64,000 bases of DNA from Candidatus Hadarchaeota archaeon (GCA_964384105.1 CAYLJV010000004.1:1-64000); one strand, 5' to 3'; shown: positions 9,503-19,418, numbered from the stretch's first letter. Program-made: numbers and translations. The notes: generated by a model from the sequence alone, not told the origin.

Positions 9503-9660
9503 ATCTCTATAAATTATTAATACTATAAATAGTTTTTCTTTGTCTAAATATTCTATATTTTCAATAATTATTTAATCTTTATCTATTTACTGAAGGTAAA
9601 TCGGTTCTAAATCTCTGTTTTATAGGATTTTTAGTGTTTGTGATAGAATAGGATAACAGT

Positions 9661-9843
9661 ATGAAAACAGGTATTTTAAGACACCTATTGAAATTGGATC
9701 ACTTTACGTTTTTGATAGCTCTGGTATTAATAGTGATCAACATTTTTGTAGGAAGAACTCTTCTCGATCTTTTAGCGTTTCTTATTCTGCTTTTTGCTCT
9801 TCTTTATGATATTTATGAATTTTATTCCGAATCAAGTGGTTAA
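9661..9843 (+). CDS. Small two-TM membrane protein
   Basis: Two hydrophobic segments. Confidence 0.55.
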   Translation: MKTGILRHLLKLDHFTFLIALVLIVINIFVGRTLLDLLAFLILLFALLYDIYEFYSESSG

Positions 9844-9874
9844 CTACTACTTGATGAACTAGTTTGTTCGGAAG

Positions 9875-9948
9875 CGGGCCGGCTGGGATTTGAACCCAGG
9901 TTGCGGGCTCCGCAAGCCCGTGTCTTATCCGGACTAGACTACCGGCCC
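9875..9948 (-). tRNA. tRNA-Arg(GCG), CCA not encoded
   Basis: Cloverleaf with CGGGC-TTGCGGA-GCCCG anticodon arm. Confidence 0.95.
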
Positions 9949-10037
9949 TCGTTCATATTCGGTATCTGCAGATTAATATTAAGCCATGAAGGCAAAAAGG
10001 TTAAAGCTTGCCTTTACGAAGAGTTAAAGCGATTCGA

Positions 10038-10199
10038 ATGGTAAAATGTACAAGCTGTAATCGAGAGATTTCCCAGGATGGGAAGGCAGTAAGATTTCCC
10101 TGTCCAGGATGTCTAGAGGAAGAGATTAGACGTTGCGAAAAATGTAGAACTCTGAGTCGTGAGTACACTTGTTCGAAATGTGGATTTACTGGACCTTGA
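10038..10199 (+). CDS. DUF1610/HVO_2753-like zinc-finger RNA-binding protein
   Basis: CTSC..FPCPGC..RCEKCR..YTCSKCGFTGP; conserved position upstream of aEF-1beta. Confidence 0.9.
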   Translation: MVKCTSCNREISQDGKAVRFPCPGCLEEEIRRCEKCRTLSREYTCSKCGFTGP

Positions 10200-10210
10200 G
10201 GTGAATTTTA

Positions 10211-10465
10211 ATGGGTAATGTTGCCGTAATTCTACAGGTCATGCCAGAAGATCGGGAAACTGATTTGGATAAGCTTAAAGAGGAAATAAAGTCTCGTCTT
10301 GATCCTAAAGAGATTAAAGAAGAGCCAGTTGCTTTTGGTTTAGTTTCTCTGAAAGTTCTGAAGATAGTTCCTGATGATACTGGTGGATCTGATAAGTTAG
10401 AAGAAGAGCTTTTGAAAATAGATGGAGTTAAGGACGTAAGAGTTACCGATCAGAGCAAGCTTTAA
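10211..10465 (+). CDS. ef1b: Translation elongation factor aEF-1beta
   Basis: VMPE, EEPVAFGLVSL motifs. Confidence 0.95.
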   Translation: MGNVAVILQVMPEDRETDLDKLKEEIKSRLDPKEIKEEPVAFGLVSLKVLKIVPDDTGGSDKLEEELLKIDGVKDVRVTDQSKL

Positions 10466-10500
10466 GGAACTTTCATCTTATCTAGCCTTGAGGTTGTAAA

Positions 10501-11703
10501 TTGGGTAAGTCAGTTCGGGAAGTTAGGTCAGACATCCCCTTTCTGGAGACAGGAGTTATTTATCTGGATAATGCTGCTACGACTCCTACCCCTGAACCGG
10601 TTATAGATTCAATGCTAGAGTACTATCACGAGTACAATGCGAACATAGGGCGGGGAATACATAAGTCTACGAAGAGGGCAACCGAAGCTTTTGAATCTAC
10701 CCGAGGTAAAGTAGCCAAGGTTATCGGCTCTTTGCCAGAGGAAATAGCGTATACAAAAAATACCACCGAAGGTCTAAATCTAATTTCGAGGGGCCTTAAT
10801 TTTGAGAAGGGAGATAAAGTAATTGCCACTGTTCTTGACCATCACAGTAACCTCATACCATGGCAAATGTTAGAAAAGGAAAAAGGTGTTGAACTAGAAA
10901 TCATTCACGAACATTCTGATTTTGTTATCGAAAGTTCTGCTATAGAGAATTCTATCGATGAGGACACACGTCTTATAACGATGCCACACGTTTCAAATGC
11001 GTTTGGTACCAGGCAGCCTGTTGAGGAGGTTGGGAAAATAGCCAAAGAAAACGACGTTTTGTTCATGATCGATGCCGCTCAGTCAGTTGGTCATATGAAA
11101 ACGAATGTCAATGAGATTGGGTGTGATTTTTTGGTTGCTCCAGGACATAAGGGTCTTCTTGGACCCCAAGGAACGGGTTTTCTCTACATAAAAAATGAAC
11201 ATGTCGATAAAATCTCACCTTTGCTTTATGGTGGTGGCATTGTGGAATCAGTGAGTGAACATGATAGTAAGCTCACTAAACCGCCCCAAATCTTCGATGC
11301 TGGCACACCTAATATTCCTGGGATAATAGGGCTGGGAAGGGCCGCAGAGTACGTTCTTGAAATCGGCTTGGAAGAAATCGAGAAAAGAGAAAGAAAGCTG
11401 GTAGAAAGAATTCTAAAAATAGAAGAGATAGATGGCATAGAGGTTTATGGTTCTTCTAGAAAAGATTTAGGTGGAGTTGTAAGTTTTAATCTTGAGGGTA
11501 TTGATTCACATGAAGTATCTTCTATGTTGGACGAGATTGGGAATATAGCGACTCGTTCTGGCCATCACTGTGCGATGCCGGCTATGAGACATTCTGGTAT
11601 AGATGGAAATGTTAGGGCATCTTTACACTACTACAACATCGAAGAAAATCTAGATACTTTTGTCAAAATCTTAGACCAGATAGCCTCGGAGTTTATCGAT
11701 TGA
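10501..11703 (+). CDS. Cysteine desulfurase, SufS-like
   Basis: YLDNAATT, HHSN, DAAQS, PGHK, RSGHHCA. Confidence 0.92.
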   Translation: MGKSVREVRSDIPFLETGVIYLDNAATTPTPEPVIDSMLEYYHEYNANIGRGIHKSTKRATEAFESTRGKVAKVIGSLPEEIAYTKNTTEGLNLISRGLNFEKGDKVIATVLDHHSNLIPWQMLEKEKGVELEIIHEHSDFVIESSAIENSIDEDTRLITMPHVSNAFGTRQPVEEVGKIAKENDVLFMIDAAQSVGHMKTNVNEIGCDFLVAPGHKGLLGPQGTGFLYIKNEHVDKISPLLYGGGIVESVSEHDSKLTKPPQIFDAGTPNIPGIIGLGRAAEYVLEIGLEEIEKRERKLVERILKIEEIDGIEVYGSSRKDLGGVVSFNLEGIDSHEVSSMLDEIGNIATRSGHHCAMPAMRHSGIDGNVRASLHYYNIEENLDTFVKILDQIASEFID

Positions 11704-11794
11704 AATATTTCCGAGATATGATTTCTAGCAAAAATCCCACTTTTTTGTGATCAACAGTAAAGCTTTAAAAGCAAGAAAGCTCATTTTAATTCCA

Positions 11795-11885
11795 GATGAA
11801 GCTTATTGGGCGTTAAAATGCGCCCACTTTTAAACCCAGGGCCGGACGGTTCCCCCGACCGTTCGGCTCCCCTCCCCCCTCTTAC
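11795..11885 (+). ncRNA. Candidate structured small RNA or leader upstream of the his operon
   Basis: TATA-like TTTAAAA at 11764-11770; stems TGGGCG/CGCCCA and a 12-bp GGGCCGGACGGT/ACCGTTCGGCTC with G-U pairs; C-rich tail. Confidence 0.45.
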
Positions 11886-12044
11886 AAAATCTTCGAATCC
11901 AGTACCTTATTGTGATTCTAGATTTATTCGTGGAGAAGATGAGTCTGTAGAATCTTTATATGTTGGAATATCCAGTTTTTGACGGTGGTTAACGGTTTTA
12001 CAATCATCAAGAATTGCTATATGGATTAAACAGGAGGTTGAAAA

Positions 12045-12695
12045 ATGAGGAGAATTGATTTGCATACGCACACTTTTTTCAGCGATGGTGAGCTTTTGTT
12101 ATCGGAGCTTGTTGCAAGAGCGGAGGAACTTGGACACGAGGCTATAGGAATAACTGACCATGTAGGGCCTTCAAATATGGAGTGGGTTATAGAGCAGACA
12201 GTTAAAGCAGCAAATAAACTCAATGAAGTCATGGATATCAGGGTCGTTCCTGGAGTAGAGCTGAGCTATGTGCCTCTTTCTTTGATTCCTGAATTAGCCG
12301 AGGAAGCAAAGGATAAAGGGGCTGAGATAGTTGTTGTTCATGGTGAAACTATAGTGGAACCCGTACCTCCAGGTACCAATATTGCGGCTTTGAAATGTGA
12401 AGATGTCGATATATTGGGACACCCCGGAATGCTAACGCTTGAGGAAGCTCAATTTGCCGAGGAATCTGGAACTTGCCTGGAAATTACTTCTCGCGATGGC
12501 CATTCTTTAACAAACGGGAGAATAGCTAGGTTGGCTTTAGAAACGGGTGCCAAACTGTTGGTTAATACAGATGCTCACTCTCCCGATGATTTGCTTACTT
12601 TCGAGGAAGCGAAGGCTATCGGCTTGGGAGCGGGTCTTGAAGAAGATAAACTCGGTGAAATACTGATTGATAATCCAAAATCATTGATTGAGTGA
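12045..12695 (+). CDS. PHP-family phosphoesterase (putative histidinol phosphatase)
   Basis: DLHTHT.FSDG, ITDH, HGET, DAH; first gene of the his operon. Confidence 0.85.
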   Translation: MRRIDLHTHTFFSDGELLLSELVARAEELGHEAIGITDHVGPSNMEWVIEQTVKAANKLNEVMDIRVVPGVELSYVPLSLIPELAEEAKDKGAEIVVVHGETIVEPVPPGTNIAALKCEDVDILGHPGMLTLEEAQFAEESGTCLEITSRDGHSLTNGRIARLALETGAKLLVNTDAHSPDDLLTFEEAKAIGLGAGLEEDKLGEILIDNPKSLIE

Positions 12696-13774
12696 ATAAC
12701 ATGATTTCAAAAAGAGTTCGGGAGATGATGGAGACCGGGACAACCTATCCATTAGCTGAATATTCTGAGGAAGAGGGCGATCTCATAAAACTATGTTCGA
12801 ATGAGAATCCGTTGGGTCCATCACCCAAGGCGTTGAAGGCTGTAAAAGAAGAGGCAGAGCGAATTGGGGAATATCCCGAATCCGCTTCAGTGGAGTTGAA
12901 GGAGGCTATAGGGGACTATATTGATGTGAATCCTGTCGAAATATGTGTAGGTAACGGCTCGGATGAGGTTTTAGATCTTATATGTAAGGCATTTATGGAT
13001 TCGGGAGATAAGGCTCTGGTTCCTATTCCCACATTTAGTCAATATGAACTTGTATGCAGAATAAATTCTGTTGAACCAAAGTTTCTCGAATTGGAGAAAT
13101 TTCAGTGGAAGGCCGGCAAATTAATTGAAAATATGAATGATGTGAAGGCTGCTTTTATCGGTCGGCCAAATAACCCTACTGGAAATGGCCTTGATGAAAA
13201 AGGTCTCGAAGAATTGCTTGAAACTGGAAAGGCTATAATCGTTGATGAGGCCTATGTGGAGTTTGAGGGTGATTCGGTTGTCAGTTGGGTTAAAAATTAT
13301 GATAACCTGGTTGTACTAAGAACTTTTTCTAAGATATTTGGCCTTGCGGGTCTTAGGGTTGGATACGGCATAGCGAATCCTGAATTGGTTATGGCTCTTG
13401 AGACTGTTCGCCCTCCATTTAGCGTTAATAGACTGGCTCAAAAGGCGGCGTTTGCTGCACTGAAGGACAAGGATTTTCTGCAAGAATCTAAGGAGATGAT
13501 TCTGAAAGGTAGAGAATATTTGGCCAGAGAACTGGAGAATTTGGGTTTTAAGGTTTTGCCTTCTAATGCAAATTTTTTGATGGTGAGTCCAGAACCAATA
13601 GAGTTGACTGCAACGAAGCTCTACGATTATCTCTCCGAGAACGGAATTGTCATAAGAAACTTGTCTGGTTTTAGGGGAATCGAAGGAGAGTGGATTAGAA
13701 TTACTGTAGGAAAACCCGACCAAAACAAGTATTTAATTAAAACGCTGAAAGAACTTAAAGAGAAAGGAGAATGA
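12692..13774 (+). CDS. hisC: Histidinol-phosphate aminotransferase
   Basis: NENPLGPS, GNGSDE, PNNPTG, DEAY, RTFSK.FGLAGLRVG. Confidence 0.95.
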   Translation: MNNMISKRVREMMETGTTYPLAEYSEEEGDLIKLCSNENPLGPSPKALKAVKEEAERIGEYPESASVELKEAIGDYIDVNPVEICVGNGSDEVLDLICKAFMDSGDKALVPIPTFSQYELVCRINSVEPKFLELEKFQWKAGKLIENMNDVKAAFIGRPNNPTGNGLDEKGLEELLETGKAIIVDEAYVEFEGDSVVSWVKNYDNLVVLRTFSKIFGLAGLRVGYGIANPELVMALETVRPPFSVNRLAQKAAFAALKDKDFLQESKEMILKGREYLARELENLGFKVLPSNANFLMVSPEPIELTATKLYDYLSENGIVIRNLSGFRGIEGEWIRITVGKPDQNKYLIKTLKELKEKGE

Positions 13775-14631
13775 CATTGAAACTTGCAGTTCCAAATAAG
13801 GGGCGTTTGCATGAGCCCGCCATAAACTTGCTTGAAGATTCAGGCGTAGGAATAGTGGACAGGGGCTCTCGACAACTTTTTGCTAGAACTAACGTCTCTG
13901 ATTTGGAGGTGATTTTCGTACGCACTCAGGATATACCTAGTATGGTTGAGATGGGTGCTGCAGATTTAGGGATTACGGGTCATGATCTCATTTTAGAAAG
14001 TGGCTGTAAGGTGTCCGAACTTTTGGATTTGGACTTTGGGAAGGCAAAGATGGTGGTTGCGGCTCATGAAAAATCGGCTATCACTTCTATAGAAGATGTG
14101 AAAAATGGGGCCAAAGTAGCAACTGAATTCCCAAATATAACAAAAAATTACTTTGAGGATAAAGGTATAGAGGTGGAGCTCACGGAAGTTTCGGGTGCAA
14201 CAGAAATCACTCCGTTTTTGGGAGTTGCTGATTTAATTGTTGATCTTACGAGTACAGGCACTACCTTGAGGACCCATGGCCTTGAAGTGATAGATACTGT
14301 TTTTGAGACATCGGTTAGGCTTATAGCTAATTACGAGAGCTTAGAGAAAAATAAGGATAAGATTGAGGACATCAGAATTGCATTAAAAAGTGTGCTTGAG
14401 GCTAAACCACTCAAATTAGTTCTAATGAATGTTCCAGAGGATAATATTGAGGCCATAAAGAATTTAATGCCTGGTATGTCGGGGCCTACAGTTTCAGAGG
14501 TTAGAGGGGCTGATATGCTGGCTGTTCAAGTTGTTGTGAAAGGGAGTGAAGTTTACGAGTTAGTGAATAAGGTTAGGGAAGAGGGGGCCAGAGACATTCT
14601 GGTGGTTCCTATAGAAAGGATATTGCCTTAG
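13771..14631 (+). CDS. hisG: ATP phosphoribosyltransferase (long form)
   Basis: AVPNKGRL, DLGITGHD, GATE, DLTSTGTTL, C-terminal ACT domain. Confidence 0.96.
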   Translation: MTLKLAVPNKGRLHEPAINLLEDSGVGIVDRGSRQLFARTNVSDLEVIFVRTQDIPSMVEMGAADLGITGHDLILESGCKVSELLDLDFGKAKMVVAAHEKSAITSIEDVKNGAKVATEFPNITKNYFEDKGIEVELTEVSGATEITPFLGVADLIVDLTSTGTTLRTHGLEVIDTVFETSVRLIANYESLEKNKDKIEDIRIALKSVLEAKPLKLVLMNVPEDNIEAIKNLMPGMSGPTVSEVRGADMLAVQVVVKGSEVYELVNKVREEGARDILVVPIERILP

Positions 14632-14633
14632 TC

Positions 14634-15359
14634 TTGAGGGTGTTTAGAGTGTTGGTTATACCAGCCGTGGACATTATGGAGAGCAAATGTGTGCAGCTAG
14701 TTGGAGGTAAACCTGGTACAGGGCACGAGTATGGGGATCCCGTAAAAGCGGCTATGGAGTGGGAGGACAAAGGAGCGGAGTACCTGCATGTAGTAGATTT
14801 GGATGCCGCTATGGGAAGTGGCGAGAACTTTAACAAGATAGCAGAAATTTTGGCGAATATTTCTATCGGAGTTCAGGTTAGTGGTGGAATTAGGTCTGTT
14901 GATAAGGGTTGTGAGCTTATTGGGATCGGCGCTGATAGGATAATCCTTGGCACTGCGGCTTTTAAAAATCAGGAAATACTGGAAGAACTAGTTGAGAAGA
15001 CAGGTTCCGAAAGAGTTCTTGTAGCTCTGGATGTGAAAAATGGAATGATAGCGGTAGAAGGGTGGAAAGAAAAGGCGGATGATGATGTTCTAAAGATTGC
15101 CAAGAAATTTGAGGAGATTGGCGTGGGTGGTTTCTTGTTTACTAATGTGGACGTTGAGGGTAAAATGTCGGGATTGGACCCGGAGCCGATCAAAGAACTT
15201 GTTGATTTTGTGAATGTTCCTGTTGTTGCGGCCGGAGGAGTTAAATCGATTGAGGACGTCAAGAAGGCTAAGGAAGCGGGTGCAGCAGCGCTTGTGATTG
15301 GAACAGGATTATACGAAGGAAGATTAACGCTTGAGAAAGCTATGGAGGTAGCTAGATGA
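14634..15359 (+). CDS. hisA: ProFAR isomerase
   Basis: IPAVDI..CVQLVGG, LHVVDLD, GGIRS. Confidence 0.95.
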   Translation: MRVFRVLVIPAVDIMESKCVQLVGGKPGTGHEYGDPVKAAMEWEDKGAEYLHVVDLDAAMGSGENFNKIAEILANISIGVQVSGGIRSVDKGCELIGIGADRIILGTAAFKNQEILEELVEKTGSERVLVALDVKNGMIAVEGWKEKADDDVLKIAKKFEEIGVGGFLFTNVDVEGKMSGLDPEPIKELVDFVNVPVVAAGGVKSIEDVKKAKEAGAAALVIGTGLYEGRLTLEKAMEVAR

Positions 15360-15925
15360 GAAAAGCTAAGATTGAGCGGGAGACTAAAGAGACGGTTGTC
15401 AGAGTGGAATTTACCCTAGATGGTTCGGGGAAAGCGGAAGTTGAGACGGGCATAGAATTTTTCGATCATTTATTAGAAGCATTTTCTAAGCATGGCCGGT
15501 TTGATTTGGTAGCAAAGTCGAAGGGTGATTTTGACCATCATATAGCTGAAGATACGATGATTGCTTTGGGACAGGCTTTGGAAGATGCACTTGATGATAA
15601 GAGAGGTATAAAGAGAATGGGTGATGCAATTGTGCCAATGGATGATTCACTTGCTCTCGTTGCAATAGATTTGGGAGGAAGAGTTTATTCTAATATAAAA
15701 GTAGATTTTGAAAAAGAGCAGTTGATAGATCTAAGCTCTGACCTTTTTGTGCACTTGATAGAAACTTTTGCTAATAATGCTAAATGTAATCTTCACGTTG
15801 ACCTTTTGAGGGGGGCCAATGACCATCACAAGGCGGAGGCCATTTTCAAGGCCCTTGGTGTTGCGCTTTCGGAAGCGGTCACGAAAGTAGATGAAGAGAT
15901 TCCTAGCACTAAGGGGATGGTATAG
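15356..15925 (+). CDS. hisB: Imidazoleglycerol-phosphate dehydratase
   Basis: RETKET, DHHIAED, NDHHKAEA.FK, PSTKG. Confidence 0.96.
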   Translation: MRKAKIERETKETVVRVEFTLDGSGKAEVETGIEFFDHLLEAFSKHGRFDLVAKSKGDFDHHIAEDTMIALGQALEDALDDKRGIKRMGDAIVPMDDSLALVAIDLGGRVYSNIKVDFEKEQLIDLSSDLFVHLIETFANNAKCNLHVDLLRGANDHHKAEAIFKALGVALSEAVTKVDEEIPSTKGMV

Positions 15926-16681
15926 TTGGTAAAGCGAATTGTTCCTTGTCTAGATACTCGGGAAGGAAAACTGGTGAAAGGGATTCATTTTAAAAATATA
16001 AAGGAGATTGGCGATCCCGCCGAAAGTGCAAGTATCTACGAGGAACAGGGAGCTGACGAATTGGTATTTTTAGATATTTTGGCTACTCCCGAAGGAAGAC
16101 CCACCTTTTTAGAAGCCGTACGAAAGGTATGCGATAGAATTACTATTCCCCTTACTGTCGGTGGAGGTATACGAAGCGTGGAAGATGCAGAAAAGGCACT
16201 AGAAGCGGGAGCGACTAAGGTCTCTGTGAATTCCGCCGCAGTTAAAGACCCTGATTTATTGAGGGACCTTTCGAATGAATTTGGAAGCGAAGCTGTGGTC
16301 AGCGCTATTGACGCAGATAAAATATCTGATGATAAATGGGAGGTTTACATTTCTGGTGGAAAGGAACCGACTGGCATAGACATGCTTGAGTGGGCGAAGA
16401 CTGTTGAGGAAAAGGGTGTCGGGGAGATTCTTTATACCGGCCTCCATACTGACGGTACAAAAGCAGGTTACGATCTCAAAGGTACGAGAATGCTGGCTGA
16501 TACTGTCGATTTACCCATAATTGCCTCAGGTGGAGCTGGGAATCTGGAGCATATTAAGGAAGCTTTTGAGAAGGGTAAAGCCGATGCTGCTCTTGCTGCT
16601 AGCATATTCCATTATGGGGAGTACACAATTAGAGAGGTTAAAGAATATCTGAGGGACCATGGGATTTCTGTGAGGTTGTAG
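15926..16681 (+). CDS. hisF: Imidazole glycerol phosphate synthase cyclase subunit
   Basis: RIVPCLD, ADELVFLDI, DGTKAGYD, IASGGAG, LAASIFH. Confidence 0.96.
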   Translation: MVKRIVPCLDTREGKLVKGIHFKNIKEIGDPAESASIYEEQGADELVFLDILATPEGRPTFLEAVRKVCDRITIPLTVGGGIRSVEDAEKALEAGATKVSVNSAAVKDPDLLRDLSNEFGSEAVVSAIDADKISDDKWEVYISGGKEPTGIDMLEWAKTVEEKGVGEILYTGLHTDGTKAGYDLKGTRMLADTVDLPIIASGGAGNLEHIKEAFEKGKADAALAASIFHYGEYTIREVKEYLRDHGISVRL

Positions 16682-16682
16682 A

Positions 16683-17990
16683 ATGGAGAAATCCCCCTTG
16701 GAGATAGTTAAGCTTTGGGAGTACTCTAAAGCTGATAGAGAAGATTTGTTAAAAAGATCCGAGTCCAAGGTAGAGGAAATTATCCCGCAGGTGGAGAAAA
16801 TTGTCTCAGAGGTTAAGAAAAAGGGTGACTCTTCTCTTCTAAAATTTACTAAAGATTTTGATAATGTAGATATCCCAAAGGATCGAATTCAGATTTCAGA
16901 GGAAGAGCTTGATCGAGCCTACGAAAAAGTCGGTAAAGAGAATATAAAAGTCATTGAGAGGGCTGCTGAGGCAGTTAAACGTTATCATTTACATCAGCTA
17001 CCTCAGGGATGGGAAGAGGAATTTGAAAGAGGTGTGAGGGCCGGCCAAGTCGTAAGACCTCTGGAGTCAGTGGGTGTGTATGTTCCGGGTGGTACTGCTA
17101 AGTATCCTTCGACCGTTCTTATGTCTGTTATACCTGCGAAAGTTGCAGGTGTTAAAGAGGTTGTTCTCTGTACGCCCCCTAATTCGGGGGGAGAAGTTAA
17201 TCCGGAGATTCTTGTAGCTTCCAAAATTTCTGGAGTAGACAAGGTCTATAGAGTGGGTGGTGCTCAAGCCATTGCTGCGATGGCTTATGGAACTGAATCG
17301 ATACCTAAATTGGACAAGATAGTAGGTCCGGGAAATGTTTACGTTACTGCAGCAAAAAAACTTGTTTCTATGGATGTAGAAATAGATTTTCTGGCGGGTC
17401 CTAGCGAAGTTCTTATTCTTGCTGATTCTTCTGCCAATCCGAGATTTGTTGCATTGGATTTAGTAGCTCAAGCCGAACATGATGAGTCCTCGTCTTCTAT
17501 TTTAGTGACTACTTCGGAAAAACTGGCTAAAGACGTTAAGAAGGAGATAACAAAAGTCTTAGAAAAGATACCGAGAGGGGATATAGCGTCGAAAGCTCTT
17601 AGAGACAATGGTCTCGCTATTATAGTAGAGAGTCTTGAGTCCGCTCTTGATTTTACAAATAAATATGCTCCCGAACATCTTGAAATAATGGTTGAAGAGT
17701 CTGAGAAAGTTATAAAAGAGGTAAACAACGCTGGTGCTATCTTTGTTGGATCGTTTTCTCCTACCTGTGCTGGGGATTTCGGAGTGGGTCCCAGCCATAT
17801 ACTTCCCACTGGGGGCAAGGCTCGAGTTTTTGATGGTTTGAATGTTTTCGATTTTCTTAAGATGCCGAGTATCCAAAAATTGACTAGGAAAGGTCTAGAA
17901 AGCATGTCTGATGTTTTAGAGAGATTTTCAGAAATGGAGGGTTTACACGCTCACGGTTTAAGCGTCAAAGAAAGGTTGGAGGTGAATTAG
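16683..17990 (+). CDS. hisD: Histidinol dehydrogenase
   Basis: YVPGG, GGAQAIAA, GPGN, AGPSE, QAEHD, APEHL, HILPT. Confidence 0.96.
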   Translation: MEKSPLEIVKLWEYSKADREDLLKRSESKVEEIIPQVEKIVSEVKKKGDSSLLKFTKDFDNVDIPKDRIQISEEELDRAYEKVGKENIKVIERAAEAVKRYHLHQLPQGWEEEFERGVRAGQVVRPLESVGVYVPGGTAKYPSTVLMSVIPAKVAGVKEVVLCTPPNSGGEVNPEILVASKISGVDKVYRVGGAQAIAAMAYGTESIPKLDKIVGPGNVYVTAAKKLVSMDVEIDFLAGPSEVLILADSSANPRFVALDLVAQAEHDESSSSILVTTSEKLAKDVKKEITKVLEKIPRGDIASKALRDNGLAIIVESLESALDFTNKYAPEHLEIMVEESEKVIKEVNNAGAIFVGSFSPTCAGDFGVGPSHILPTGGKARVFDGLNVFDFLKMPSIQKLTRKGLESMSDVLERFSEMEGLHAHGLSVKERLEVN

Positions 17991-17991
17991 T

Positions 17992-18291
17992 TTGAGTACT
18001 AAAATTCTGGAAGAAGTTTTCGATGTTATCAAGGACCGTCGTGAGAATCCCAGAGAAGATTCGTATGTTTCTTTCCTGATGGACAGGGGCGAGAAGAAAA
18101 TACTGGAGAAAATTAAGGAAGAGTCTTGGGAACTCATAAAAGCTGTAAAGGAAGAGGGTAGGCCCGAAATTATCCATGAGTCCGCAGATACGATATTTCA
18201 CATAATGGTCATTCTAGCAGCTAGAGATATAGAGTTTGATGAAGTGATGGAAGAATTGAGAGGGAGGCGTAAACCCCGTGAAGGTGAGTGA
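17992..18291 (+). CDS. hisE: Phosphoribosyl-ATP pyrophosphatase
   Basis: SYVS.L, KIKEES.E, IHESAD. Confidence 0.93.
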   Translation: MSTKILEEVFDVIKDRRENPREDSYVSFLMDRGEKKILEKIKEESWELIKAVKEEGRPEIIHESADTIFHIMVILAARDIEFDEVMEELRGRRKPREGE

Positions 18292-18676
18292 AAAAGACGC
18301 AAAAAGGATTTTAAAAGAATTGAGTTTCGAGAACGAATTGGTAACAGCGATAGCTAGAGACTATAAAAGTGAAGAAATTTTGATGGTCGCTTTTATGAAC
18401 GAGGAAGCAGTTGTGAAAACTTTGACCACTGGCATAATGCATTACTGGAGCAGAAGCAGGGAGAAGATATGGAAAAAAGGCGAGGTTTCTGGTAACCGAC
18501 AGAAGATTCGGGAGATCAGGGTTGATTGCGATGGAGATGCGTTGCTATTCGATGTTGATCCGGAAGGGCCCGCCTGTCACAAGGGATATCGTTCCTGCTT
18601 TTATCGCAAAATTGAGGATTCAAAGTTAGTTAAAATTGATGAAAAAGAGTTTGAACCTAGTGAAGTATATGGCTAG
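18278..18676 (+). CDS. hisI: Phosphoribosyl-AMP cyclohydrolase
   Basis: [27 protein letters not shown]. Confidence 0.96.
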   Translation: MKVSEKDAKRILKELSFENELVTAIARDYKSEEILMVAFMNEEAVVKTLTTGIMHYWSRSREKIWKKGEVSGNRQKIREIRVDCDGDALLFDVDPEGPACHKGYRSCFYRKIEDSKLVKIDEKEFEPSEVYG

Positions 18677-18700
18677 TTCTGAGTTCTTCAGTAACTTTTT

Positions 18701-19003
18701 TTGCTGAATATTACAAATTCAGTTTGGGACGATCCCAGGTATGTGATTTCATTGGAAGGATTTCAAGAGAATGATTCATTTTCTCCGGAGAAGATTAGAA
18801 GGGAGCTGATTTTGTATTTACTTCAAAATTACGGAAGCCTACGTACAAAGGAGATTTCAAAGATTTTGGGACAAAAGCCAAGGACCATAAGGAGGGATCT
18901 TAGCAAGTTACGGGATTTGGGAAAGATAGAAGGTGAAAAGCTGGGTAAGGGCTATGTATGGTCACCTCTGAATGAAGAAAAAGATAAATCAATGTATTTT
19001 TAG
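18701..19003 (+). CDS. Winged-HTH protein (DeoR/ArsR-like)
   Basis: TKEISKILGQKPRTIRRDLSKL HTH; start probably later (GTG at about 18743). Confidence 0.75.
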   Translation: MLNITNSVWDDPRYVISLEGFQENDSFSPEKIRRELILYLLQNYGSLRTKEISKILGQKPRTIRRDLSKLRDLGKIEGEKLGKGYVWSPLNEEKDKSMYF

Positions 19004-19013
19004 GTTATTTAGT

Positions 19014-19418
19014 CTATTTTATGCTTAGTTTGAAAATATTATCAGTTTTATCTATTTTCTGAAATCTTACTTCTGTGAATGATTTATGTAGAGTGATTCT
19101 GGGAGTTATTAGTGCGATAACATCTGGAGCTTCTATTCTTAGACTGTTGCCTTCTTCTAGTTCAATTTCCACAGTCTTCTTTTTTTCTTTTGCTGCATTC
19201 TCTATCTCTTTCGTTATCTTCTCTAAGAGGTCCTTATCCTCTTTCGGAGTTTCTTTTTCCTTTAATTCTCTATTTTTTCCGAATTCTTCCTCCAGTTTCT
19301 TTATTTCCTTTTCTCTCTTTTTCTTTTTCATCCTTCTCATCCAAAAGAAGAAAAAAATCAATAATATTACCAGAAGGGCGATTAGGATCGCTATCTTTCC
19401 GAAAGGAATAGTGATCAT
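19014..19418 (-). CDS. Hypothetical N-terminally membrane-anchored protein
   Basis: Single TM followed by a basic, charged coiled region. Confidence 0.6.
   Translation of the reverse strand: MITIPFGKIAILIALLVILLIFFFFWMRRMKKKKREKEIKKLEEEFGKNRELKEKETPKEDKDLLEKITKEIENAAKEKKKTVEIELEEGNSLRIEAPDVIALITPRITLHKSFTEVRFQKIDKTDNIFKLSIK

Noticed and set aside
11790-11803. TTCCAGATGAAG resembling a mini-ORB origin box
   Set aside because: Single copy, with no inverted partner and no cdc6/orc1 gene in the window
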